A stretch of 32,173 bases of DNA from Octopus bimaculoides (GCF_001194135.2 NC_068982.1:24453292-24485464), one strand, 5' to 3'. Positions 1 to 11,645 are shown, counted from the first letter of the stretch. Notes: a model not told the origin generated them from the letters alone. A program made the numbers and translations.

Positions 1-29
1 TATATATATATATATATATATCCTTGTAT

Positions 30-244
30 TGTTGTATTGGATATATAATGTAACATAGCCGAGGAAGCAAGTATATACATAATGCACTACTATTAATATT
101 ACACGAGACTCAACGCTCTATATCAAAGGGCCTCAGTGAACTGCTACCAACACGAACTACCAATCGATCACAGTTTTTTGTTTTATAACTTTGTTTTATA
201 AATTTAGTCACTTGGGGTAGTGAGAGAGGCATCATTCTATAACA
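30..244 (-). mobile_element. Putative 3' LTR (~215 bp) of a Ty3/Gypsy retrotransposon
   Basis: On the minus strand it starts TGTTATAG (244) and ends ATACAACA (30), giving TG...CA with 4-bp inverted termini. It is immediately preceded by a purine tract (AAATAGGAAGA, 245-255) just downstream of the integrase stop. No second LTR in the window to confirm boundaries. Confidence 0.6.
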
Positions 245-305
245 TCTTCCTATTTAGAATCAGTCTCTCTTCTCCCCTTTTGACAATTGAACTCCGCTTC
301 GAGTT

Positions 306-1445
306 TTAATATTCCTTACGTTTAGGGTTCATTTCCGCTGTTTCCGTTCATTTGTGTTTTCTTGTGCTAGAGCGTGTAGATTCAAATTGTTTGTATGTTG
401 GTACCTAAAATGTGTCGTACAATACTTCTATATGCATTTCATGTCTCGTGACTGCTTTTTCCGTGAACCTTTTCATAAGCTGGGCAAAATGTTGCTTGTA
501 TCCAACGCTTTTCTTTTATCAGGAAAACCATTCTTTGAATTCGTATAATTACTCAATCTTCCCAACTCTCTTTACTATACCTCTAGGTTTAAAAAAAAAA
601 ATTGTCACCAAACTTGAAGAACGTTGAATTATTTATATCGCTCACCGGGTTTTTTTTTTAATTTTCAATCTGACCTTTGTAGCAAACATCAACACTGCGG
701 ATGACATCCACGACGGTGTATTCGAATTACGTGTTATTCGGTACACACTTAGAATTTGTTGCAGTGCAAAATCGTCCATCACTTCATTGTTCACCTTTTC
801 CAACACCATCTTGAAGTGTCAATTAAACGCTCCACTTGGCCATTTGACTTAGAATGATAGGGTGGATCGGTGTCATGTTCAATGAGGAACATTTTGCAAA
901 ATTTTCTGAACTCGTCTAACGTAAATTGAGTTCCATTATCCGAGACATTGGTATCCAGAATACCATACCTGGCAATCAATGCGTGTAAACAACGTATTGT
1001 AACCGCAGATTTCGGCTCTTTAAACATATGCACTTCCGGACACTTTGAATATCTCTCCACCACCACAACTAAATATGAACCATTAAATGGACATGCGTAA
1101 TCAATATGCTGTTCGGAACATCTGTTTTTGGCCTCGGATGCCATTTGATGGTAGGTAATTTTGCAGCTAAGGCACACCATCTGCATGATTTCACATATTC
1201 TTCAATGTTATGGACTGTTGTTGCCCAGTGTACGTAATTTCTCATTAATGATTTCATTCTCGAAGTCCGTGGGTGACCCATATGAAATAACTTTAATAAT
1301 AGCTTTTGTAGTGTGGCTGGCACTGTGATTCTTTGTGCATACATCAACAAATTGTCACATAGCGAGAAATGGTTCGAATTTGTGTTGCGCGTACTTTTAT
1401 CACTTTTAACGTTTCGTATTTCTTTCATTTTTTAATGAATTTATC
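306..1445 (-). pseudogene. Decayed Ty3/Gypsy pol 3' part: integrase zinc-binding domain, rve core and C-terminal tail, frameshifted
   Basis: ORF 1069-1428 has HMGHP...WATT...YVKSCRWC (HHCC zinc finger). ORF 791-1186 has HIDYACPF...SDNGTQF...YHSKSNGQVER (D,D35E core). My hand translation continues ALQQILSVYRIT..NTPS.MSSAVLMF and ESWED*VII..RMVFLIK, ending NPKRKEY* at 306. No RT or RNase H visible upstream. Confidence 0.92.
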
Positions 1446-2286
1446 CTGTGAAATTATCGTGATATTGGTAATTGAAGATATATTGCCTACTGGGGTTTTG
1501 TAGTCTCTGTCATGTCACAACAAAGACCTCAGACAGATAGTACTTTATGCAATAGGCGTGCAGTTCCAAATAACGCCGATGTTTGTAATACACCAAAATT
1601 GTAGGGCATCAATAAAGTTTCCTGATGTTATTCCAGTTTTATTCTGGCATGTATATGCAGGAGAGGATTCAGTCACCACCTGTTTATTACTATTGACATT
1701 TATACTATTTTCATAGCCAATGCCTTAATGTCTAGCTAACAGGAAGCTTCCATTACATATACACATAGATATGTACCCATACATATAGATACATAAATAC
1801 ACGCGCACACATATACTCAAACACACACACTCACACACATATTTGCACACACGTGCACACAGATATATAATTTCCCTTTGTCACTTCTGTTTCGCTCATG
1901 ATATGGTTCTGTTTTGATGATTCCAATCAATTGAATATAAATTCCCTTATGAGTACTGGAATACACTATGTATCCTTTTATTTTGCAGGTCAATCTTTCC
2001 TTAATAAAGTCAAAACCCCTTGTCCGATTTTCTTAAAATGTGTATAGCATTTGTAGGATTATGTATCCTATGCCTCTTGTACTTTTCGTCTCAATCAATA
2101 TATATTTAAAGCGGAAATGAAGAAAAATATATTTATAATGTGTTTCTTTTTATTATGCAAATTATGCAAATTAAGAAATATTATATAAACTACATGTAAG
2201 GAGATTTACAATATATAACTGGACCATTAATATATATGTATATCTTCCACCATATAAGTATACTTAAAAACAATTGTGAATATAAT

Positions 2287-2570
2287 TTACATCTTTAAGT
2301 AGCCTCCGTTACCATCTATAACTTTAAATATTCTTTCATCAACTAATTTCTTCAAATTCCGAACAATTCCACGTTTAAAATTACTTGCAGCAGTTTTTAT
2401 TGCTTCCATTAGTGAATCCTTGTTTGGATATTGTTTACCATTAGAATATACATCATTTTAATAATTGACCACAAATTCTCTATTGGGTTTAGATCTGGAG
2501 ATGGGAGTGGGGGTATTCCAATATCTTATGTTCTTTGAACATAAGATATTCCAATATCTTATGTTCTTTA
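2287..2570 (-). pseudogene. Tc1-family transposase C-terminal remnant
   Basis: Hand translation: SPDLNPIENLWSIIK (motif at 2478-2501), a 1-nt frameshift, then NDVYSNGKQYPNKDSLMEAIKTAASNF...DERIFKVIDGNGGYLKM* (stop 2287-2289). SPDLNPIENLW is the conserved Tc1 catalytic-E motif. Confidence 0.82.
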
Positions 2571-5072
2571 GCAACATGAAGAAGTTTAGGGAAAGACAAT
2601 CATGTTCTTAAAGTCTTGTTTTCTTCACTAAGCCTCCATCTGGAGAACAAGAGTTTATCAATTTCTATCTCTCCTCATTCCAGTGACTGCATTGGTGTCG
2701 CAGTGCACTTGCTACAATACACATTTCTTGGTTTCACCACCATGCTTGCTGTTGAAAATATGATTTACGGGATCCTAGAACATGCACTTGGGGAGTATAA
2801 CATTTATTCCTATTATAATCATCACTGTCACTCACACTGCACAGTTTAATATTCAAATATCATGTATACACCACTTATGCTGCTCTCAGTCGGAATGACA
2901 ACCGAGCTCGTTTGATATTCTCTAATAGTGACTGTAAAACCTTCCTGTGTTCGGCTGTTTCCTATACTATCTATGTGAAAATTATTACCTTCATTCTAGT
3001 AATTTATGACGAAAATCTTTACTCACTGTAACTCACTGTCTCTCCATTGCTTCACCTGATTTTCAACCAGGATATCAACTTATTCTCTGTCCATGATACC
3101 AAGCCGTATATTCAGACCACAACTTTTATCGCTTGTATTTCAAGAGCGTTCTTGTCCTTTCGACATCAAATATTGCACTTCATTTGTCTTCCTTCTCAAG
3201 TATTTTCGATGGATTCAAATACTGTAGAAGCGTCATTTTGGCTTTTGATACTTTACTCCTCTACGAATGAGGTAACCGGTAGCGAGAGGTTTTTGGAACG
3301 GACTATACATCCTAATTAAGTTTATACATGTGTAGCTTGGAGATTAAAAAAAAAAAATTAACAAGTTTATTTGTCTATTCCCACATATATAATATAGTGA
3401 TATTATTCAGACCAGATTTACTCATAGGCTGTAAAAACAGTAAGCCTTATGTACCACGATAATTTGACTGATGCAGCTTTTATCTTACATCTAACCTGTA
3501 TCGAATACGGAGTAATACGTTTGGATTTAAATATGAAAAGCACTCTGTCCTACCCTTTAAATACTATTACAAAAGCAATAATCAATGGAAAATAGGTAGT
3601 GAAATTTCTGATAGCCTTCCAAATAAATATATTGAGACAAAATGCATTCCGCACAAAATTTATGTTTGTTGATGCATTTTATGATAATCTTCAGATGTTC
3701 ATTTTCAATTCCTTGGAAGATTTTAGAGTTAGAGAATTTTGCATCATGACTAAGTAAATTGAAACGTGTGCAAATTCACTCAATCAGAATATGTATGAAA
3801 AGTGTTTTTTTTTATAGATTAAATAAAATAATTTAAATAATATTCAAAGATTGTTGCGTGAATATGACGTTTGCTGTTCAAACAGATATGCATTTCTTTC
3901 ATTGAGGTTGATAATGTTGACATAATTTTTTGAATCACCATCTCAAATATTTTTTGCCCTAAACCTGAAATTTATATTTCGTTAGAAACCATCGATTTTA
4001 TTCACCTTCATTAATCCTTTTGGATAATGAAAGAAACAGTAGTTACATTGAAGCAACCTTTTCCGCTCAAAGACTAATAAAAATACAAAGGAACAGGCAC
4101 TATTCGTATGCAGAACGTTAAAATAAAAGCATAGTCGCAGCAAGCATCTCTTTGTTTCTGTTAACACAATATTTGCAGAAGTGAATTGGCATGTGGTAAC
4201 TCAATGAGAAGCATTTCATTTCTAACTTAATTTAAAGTAATATTGTATTCAGAGCACTTTAATTTCATAGATATCAATTTTTTTTCTAAATCAAAATAAC
4301 ATCAAATGAAAGGAATTTAATTCCGTTGTAATCATATAGCTTGTCATTTGGTGCTAGTATTTCAACAATCAAACACGCTATTTCCGGATACCAAATATTA
4401 TAAACAAAGAGAAATAAATTATTTGTGAAAAGAAAAAGTATTTTTAAAACTGCAATCTCGCCTCAATAGTTTTCCTTGTATTTTAATTGAAACAATGTCT
4501 TCAATATTTTGATGAATATTACATTATTATTAAATACAAATTGTATATTCTGCTCAGATATGTTAGAAAAGCTTATGTAAACCGATTAATTACTGAAATA
4601 TTATAAATTTCTACAATTCATAAATGAATATATCATTAAGTCTAGAAACTAATCATAAATTGCAAAAGGAAAAAGAAACAAAACTCAGAAACAATATACA
4701 AAAACAATTCAGGAAAATTATCTTTGAATTTAATCGGCACCATATCGTGACTTTTGAAAAGCTCAACCTTCCTAGCGAAAGATTGATCCTATAATTTCCT
4801 CATAAATCTTCAAGAAGGCTAGTAGAACACGATTAGAGAAAACAGTTATCAAATTTGTTTTTAATATTTTCAATTGCTTCACACAGATCTAGTTAGCACG
4901 GTCCATCTCGCATCAATGTACATTTAAAATAAGTATGTATTTCATTGTCTATAATATGAAAAAAATGCTTGGACTGAATAATATCACTCTGGAAGACAAA
5001 TATTATACAAATTTTACTACGTTCAGCATTTCAAACGAATTACGCATGTGTACATACATATGAAGCACTTCG

Positions 5073-5074
<2 letters not shown>

Positions 5075-5108
<34 letters not shown>

Positions 5109-5115
5109 ACACACA
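5075..5115. repeat. (CA)n microsatellite
   Basis: Directly visible. Confidence 0.95.
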
Positions 5116-5498
5116 TAAGTATTTATGTAATTATGTGGACAACATGACAAAGAATACGAATTAAAAGATAAAATGAAGAAGGATTGGTATAGCCGTTTTG
5201 ACATATATATATAGGCGTACACACACAACCCACCTGCTGACACCACCATTACGTATATTTTATTGAATATGGTCATAAACGACCAAGTTGTTCCTGTCTC
5301 AAATATGACCATATGATCAACATAGGCCTTAAAATTGCTTAAAGTCCTGGTTACTTTTAGTGTAATGAATATCATTTGCTGCAAATGGGAGGTAATGACA
5401 TAAATTGCTATTCACTTAGAAACAATTTCGAATCAAATCTTAAATGACACATAATTTCATGACATATATCACTCCTGTATCTGTGTTAATCTCGACAT

Positions 5499-5695
5499 AT
5501 ATCCTCCCTGTATGTATAAATACAGACATTTAATTTAAAACACCAACCCATTCAGAAAAGAATTAGCAGGTTACCTAGAGACAGAAGAATGAGATAGCAG
5601 TATAATATCCACAAATCCCGTTGGAAACGCTTGGCAATCTAGCTGAAAAGAGTAATGGTTGTTGCTTGGTATAGTACTTTATGGCGTAGACGCTG
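5499..5695. repeat. Copy 1 of a 197-bp diverged direct repeat (partner 6152-6348)
   Basis: Hand alignment is colinear with no indels and about 21 mismatches (~89%). Confidence 0.93.
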
Positions 5696-6010
5696 GTGAG
5701 AAGATCTCAAAATCCTCCTAGGAATAATAGGTGAAGATGATGGATGGACTAATAAATATATAGATATATAGCTAGATAAGAAAGATAGATCTAATATTTA
5801 CGCCAGGGTAGTTATTTGGAAGGTTTTAGCTATCAACAGAATAAATTAAGAATGTAAATCCATTTGTTCTACATATTTGATTCACAGAAATAATTTGAGC
5901 AATGTCTCCCGATGAATAATTTTCACAAAGTTCTAAATGAGAAGTTACATGCTGTGAAATATGCCTACCAAATTTATTGTATATTCAAAATGAACAAAAT
6001 GAACAAAGAT

Positions 6011-6014
<4 letters not shown>

Positions 6015-6082
<68 letters not shown>
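6015..6082. repeat. (CA)n microsatellite
   Basis: Directly visible. Confidence 0.95.
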
Positions 6083-6151
6083 GTACGAACATATACACAC
6101 AACTAGGCATATATTAATATTCCTCTAAGGCATACCGATACTAGTAACCTG

Positions 6152-6348
6152 ATATCCTCCCTGTATGTGTAGATACAGGCATTTAATTTAAAACACCAAC
6201 GCATTCAAAAAAGAATTAGAAGGATACCTAGAGACAGAAGAATGACATGGCTGGATATTATCCATAAATCCCGTTGGTAACGCTTGGTAATCTAGCTGAA
6301 AACAGTAATGGTAGTTGCTTCGTATAGTACTTCATGGCGTACTCGCTG
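6152..6348. repeat. Copy 2 of the 197-bp diverged direct repeat (partner 5499-5695)
   Basis: Same alignment; offset 653 bp. Confidence 0.93.
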
Positions 6349-6544
6349 TATGCCTTAGTCAAAAAGGATTAGTACAGGGCGAATTAAGACATCGTATGTA
6401 TGATGAACCTCATTATCATAAAATTGCTTCTGCTACAAAATGCAATGCACTCATAGTTGAGTACTTATGTTCCTCCTTACAAATTCATCGGAGCTTTAAA
6501 ATGAAATGCAATTTTATTTGGCAACGCGTTTATATAGATGAAAA

Positions 6545-7460
6545 TATAGATTTGATTAAATTATTTTAAATTTGTATTGCCTATGGAAAGACTATTTTTA
6601 GAGAATTTATAATCCATGTTTGATTAAGTAAAGTTTATGAAAATGATATATTGTTTATTCACAAATATTACAAAGATTATCAAGATTATAAGCATTCAAA
6701 GAAATAGCCGATTCATTATTATCTGATTTATTATTATCCGATTTATCATTTACATATTTGTCACCGTAAGAATAATTATGATTATTTATATGTTGCTTAT
6801 TATTTTTCTGAGATTTATAAGGTAATTTAATATTTGTTTTCTTTATGTCCTGTTTTACATTTAGAGGTTGATGTGTGTTTATTTCAAGCTTATTATTATC
6901 ATTAACGCTTATTAGTTTAGCATTAGCTAATTTATTAATACTCTGTAATTACTTCTAGATCTAGCTTTAATTGTATTACTGATCTTTACAGTTTTTGTTC
7001 GTGTCTTATAAATAATTCTATCGTTTATATTTTAGTCATTTAGTCGATGGTACTTTATCTTATCTTTGTATCCATCTGTGACGAGAGCTTTGTTGTAATA
7101 ATCTGCATGCTACATAAATATGTCTTTATTACATGATAAATACGATATTGTTTTCCCTATGCTGGAAATTAAAGTATTTTTAATTGATCCTAGGTGATGG
7201 GTTACGAAATTAATTTAGATTAAATTCGTATTTAACTTTTGGAAAGGCTCTTGCTTGCCAGTTATTAGGTTGATATTAACATCTAAAAAAATAACTGAGA
7301 TAAAAATTACATACCTTTTGAAATATTTATAGAAGTTTTCTGAAATAATTCTAATTTCCTATTAAATGCAGTTTTGAGGACAAAAATGGCATCGTCCCTA
7401 TATAATCTACCCCTAATAAGAGGAAATCCTTGTAATATTCGTAATAGAAAAAGTAAACCA
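6545..7460 (-). mobile_element. Penelope-like element, inverted segment: RT C-terminal half, thumb and Asn-rich linker (decayed)
   Basis: Minus-strand hand translation: GLLFLLRILQGFPLIRGRLYRDDAIFVLK (YRDD at 7391-7402), then VIFLDVNINLITGKQEPFQK, then HHLGSIKNTLISSIGKTISYLSCNKDIF..ADYYNKALVTDGYKDKIKY. These match PLE RT motifs 5-7 and thumb. Stops and frameshifts present. Confidence 0.82.
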
Positions 7461-7464
7461 TATA

Positions 7465-8245
7465 CTCCTTTCATACAATTTACTAAATCAAAAATTGATT
7501 ATAAATTCTCTAAAAATAATCCCAAGGAATCTAATACAATTTGGTTCATCATTCCATATGCAATACAAATTAAAAATAATTTAATCAAATATGTAGACAG
7601 ATATCTTTATAATCATTTTAATAAGGATAATAGATATAGTGAAATTATTAATTAAAACTATTTCAGAGTTGGTTATAGTTTAACTTGCAATGTCTTCATG
7701 ATTATACCATGTATTAATAAAACAAAAATTAGATAATTTCTATAGTAATAGAAATATTTATTACAATTGATGACGATAACATCCTTACATGCCCTACTGA
7801 AATAATTCATATTAACTTTTTCTTCACAATACTACGAATAAATTTATGCATAAAGATGTAAATGAAACCTGTGATTGTAAAGTTTAAAATAATTGTAAGT
7901 TGATAAATTTATGTAAGGAAGATAAACTGGTCTACCAACGTATAGTTGAATCTCAAGGAAAGAAATTCTATTATATAGTGTCAATAGAAAATAGAATTAA
8001 GCTTCTGATTGCAATAAGAAGAGATTAAAAAATTACCTCTGTCGAATTAAGAAAGCTCTTATGGGGATTACAGGATAATAACATTGAATTTAATCTTAGA
8101 TGGGAAATTCCTAGTTTTGCTAAAATATATAAAATCTCAAACAAACAATGTGAATTGTATGACGAATAGTCATATAAAATACTTACATCTAGTATCCATC
8201 TACTATGCCTTAGTAATGAAAAATATCATATTGTGGTCATTTAGC
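7465..8245 (+). mobile_element. Penelope-like element, forward segment: linker and GIY-YIG endonuclease (decayed)
   Basis: TIWFIIPY (7539) ...HFNKDNRYSEIIN*NYFRVGYS. From 7861, in one frame: ETCDCKV*NNCKL.NLC..KLVYQRIVESQGKKFYYIV ... SVELRKLLWGLQDNNIEFNLRWEI..AKIY....QCELYDE*SYKIL. This is the CxC..C..C, VY...YIG and WEI...C..C pattern of PLE endonucleases. Confidence 0.85.
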
Positions 8246-8360
8246 GAAATATGGTTTCTCTAAGTATTAATTAAACTATATACTTATTATATGGTTATAA
8301 CTATATAACTCTTTATTCATATAATATCCCCTCATATTTACGAGGCATTTTTAAAATACA

Positions 8361-8437
8361 TTGATATAATAGATGAGGGTTACTTTACCTACTGATATAA
8401 TAGATTAGGGTTATTTTACCTGTTGATATAATAGATT
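8361..8437. repeat. 31-bp minisatellite, 2.5 units
   Basis: Units start at 8361, 8392 and 8423: (t/c)tgatataatagat(g/t)agggtta(c/t)tttacct. Confidence 0.85.
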
Positions 8438-9214
8438 GAAATTAATATGTGCCCATTTATCACAAGAATTTTCTGAATTCATTTGACCATAAATTCTTCT
8501 AATGTAAATCATTTACTTTATATTTATACTTAACTCAATATTATCGATTATATCTCTTATAATACATTACTATACTCAATTGTATTACCTTACATTAATA
8601 ATTAAAATTCTAATAAAAATTCTAAACACTAATTAATAATGATTAATAATTTACAGAGATTAACTTAATCATCATGAATCAAATATGTTTCGTAATTATT
8701 TCTCTTAACACTCAAAAAATGACGTAATGCAACAGATTTCTATCGATAGCTAATATAATACTATTTTTCTATATTTATGCATGATTGAAAAATTTAAAAT
8801 ATTTCTCTTATAATGCACAGTATATCCGGCCTACTAATATTAAGCTAAAATAAATTTTAGACAATAATTGATAATAATAATTAATTAATTATTAGAGTTG
8901 AAATAAATTCTTATGTATGGTGAATAATACGCAATTTTTCAATGAACGGCAATTATGATGACGTAATGCACCAGATCTCTATTTATCACTAATGTAAACA
9001 AATAATGTATATTCATCGTGCTTGTTATATGGGAGATATATGCCTGTGCTTGAAGTAAATGCCATTGTACGTAAATGAATTTGATCTAAGGTTTAACTTG
9101 ATTATTTTGTAATACAAACAAATGATACAGAATTGATTGTTGTAATGCTTATGCATCTGTGTGTTTACGTATGCATTGTGCATGTACTTATATTCATGTA
9201 ATTGTGTATCTTTG

Positions 9215-9455
9215 ATGTATATATATATATAATTCTGTACAAGCACATATACTGATAGCCTGTTACGATTAGATATGTTCTTGAAATGTTTAAACACAAA
9301 AATATAAATTACTTCAGCCAATGAGCATGGATTAATATAACAAATTCATATGTAGTTTCCTTATATGTATATATATATATAATTCTGTACAAGCACATAT
9401 ACTGATAGCCTGTTACGATTAGATATGTTCTTGAAATGTTTAAACACAAAAATAT
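9215..9455. repeat. Exact 91-bp direct repeat (9215-9305, 9365-9455), period 150, running into a gap
   Basis: Identical copies; the second ends at the N-run starting 9456. Confidence 0.9.
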
Positions 9456-9532
9456 NNNNNNNNNNNNNNNNNNNNNNNNNNNNNNNNNNNNNNNNNNNNN
9501 NNNNNNNNNNNNNNNNNNNNNNNNNNNNNNNN
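9456..9532. other. Assembly gap (others: 11830-12018, 14092-14431, 22986-23116, 24019-24125, 27237-27246)
   Basis: N runs. Confidence 0.99.
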
Positions 9533-10005
9533 TATATATATACACGTCTGTGAGTATGAATATATTTATGTAGATTTTATATATGTGTCTCTATATGTAC
9601 AAATTTACCTATATATGTATATATTCTATTCTAACTTATTTTTATTTTATTTTTTATTTTATTGTTAGTTTTTTCTTCTTTTTTTTACTTTTATTTTACT
9701 TCCTATTCTCTTTTATCTTATTGTTTGTTTTACTTTATTCTATTACATTGAAATCAATCCGTTAAAACTTACGCCCATACAAAAGTTATTGTTTTAAATG
9801 TTTTCTTTTCCCTGGTGATATTTTGCTCCTAACTTATAAATGCAATTTTAATGCAAACATTTGTAATTGATTCAATGAGTATTAATGTAAACAGCTGTAA
9901 GAAGAAATGATTATCAATTAAATAATGAATAATTATTAACCACTAACTCTCCATTTTCTTCTCATAAATTAATACTGATTGTATACTTAATATATAGTAA
10001 TTGAA

Positions 10006-10215
10006 AGCGGCGAGCTGGCAGAAACTTTACCATGCCGGGCAAAATGCTTAGGGGTATTTCGTCTGCTTTACGTTCTGAGTTCCGCCGAGATCGACTTTGC
10101 CTGTCATCTATTCGGGGTCGATAAAATAAGTACCATTTGCACACTAGGGTCAATCTAATCGACTGACCCCTTCTCCTAAAATTCTGGGCCTTATGCCTAG
10201 GTTAGGAACGAATAT
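10006..10215 (+). mobile_element. tRNA-derived SINE (octopus-type), near full length
   Basis: Head GCGGCGAGCTGGCAGAA with A-box-like and eroded B-box-like (CTGAGTTCC) motifs, core CGACTTTGCC...GGGGTCGATAAAATAAGTACC. Homologous to copies at 17690, 17888, 20868, 21488 and 28033. Confidence 0.85.
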
Positions 10216-11645
10216 ATAACTATTGATTTAGGGAAAATTTGTTTCGCGAAAACATAAGGTACAGAAATTGTGTTTTCTTGGATATTATTATCCCTTTATG
10301 CGGTTAATATAGCCTCTTAATAACTTATATATATATATATATATATGTGTGTGTTTGTGTGTGTATGTGTGCGTGTGTGTGTGAATCAGTCAGACGGATG
10401 GTCTTGTAAAGTAAGAGCATTCATGAGCTACCACCTACCGAATTGAAGTGCTGTCTAACGATTCATTCATCCCAGCAGAGAAGTTGAGAGAAATTTCCCG
10501 ACTTATATCAAATTTAACAACAGGGTCCACTGCTGGTGCTTCTCTTCTCTCAATTGTTTAAATGTCTACTTTGCAATCATAATTTTTCAGGAACCAAATA
10601 ATTTCCAATGCCGACAATTGGCAGTTCATCGAAACGAACGACTGCGAAGTGCCATTGTATATCGTTTACTATCGGAAATACGGCGGTCTCTGACCATTTA
10701 AGAATCTCTGAATTTCACGCTGCACCATGTAAAAGTGCTTAAGATTCACTCTCACCACTGTTCGTCTTGCAGTGATCAAAGTATTTTTTGGTGAGCACGT
10801 CTTTGTATGAGTGCTCACCATAAATCCCTTCGTGATGAAAACCAATGGATAACACCAGTTCTCTATCTATCCATTGATACCGGATAGGAAGAACAACCTT
10901 TATTCAAAAGTAAACGTGTGGAAAATATGTACCACTCATTTTCGAAGAGGTCAGATTATAAACTGAGTAAAATATAAATACAATTTCTAGAAAGATGAAC
11001 CTCAACATATAAGATATATTGTATCATCATCCGTGATATCTTATTTGAATTTAGCTTTCAATTTGGACTTTCCTTCAAAAACATCGAAAGAAAAAAAAAT
11101 ATCGTTATAATTGCAAAGACAACGTTCTTAGATACACAAAACATCTGAAGTTAGATTATAAACAAAGTCGCCATGTTGTTGTAATAGTTTGGTAAGTAGA
11201 AAAACAAAGAATTAGAGAACTGCGTAAAGTGGATAAATAAGTCTAAGTATTGATAGACTGTATTTCAGAGAAAAACGTTATAAAACGTTGCTACAGACAT
11301 TTTGAAGAAGCGGCAGTTATTAAATTTAATACCATACACGACAGATATACAAAATATCTGCTAATTTGCGGGACGGGCCCTTAGAGATATTAAATATACT
11401 TCCCTCAAAATAAGTGGCTGTCTTCTTTCAAGAGAAACGAAAATTGCTTAATGTAATTTCTACTAAAAAGAGAAGAGAAAAAAGAAAAGCAAAATAGTAA
11501 AATAGATGGATTGGCTATTCTTTGGTGAAACTGTGTCCTGACAATGTCAAAAATCTCATGCCTATATATTGTTATATTCTCAGAAATGCTTAGGAACTCT
11601 GAATACGGTGGTTGATAGATATACATTTCTCTCACGCTCTATGTC

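Noticed and set aside
2580-3320. Possible upstream part of the Tc1 transposase; ORFs 2616-2849 and 3047-3319
   Set aside because: No FSDE, VMVWG or FQQDNA motif in my translations, and no recognisable protein.
5499-5695. Mitochondrial insertion (NUMT) or cadherin exon reading of the 197-bp repeat
   Set aside because: TAA/TAG stops remain under the invertebrate mitochondrial code. The cadherin-like EINTDTGVIYV arises from a 33-bp tandem repeat and is bounded by stops.
7374-7655. ORF 7374-7655 as a gene
   Set aside because: It is a chimera across the Penelope inversion junction: antisense RT followed by sense linker.
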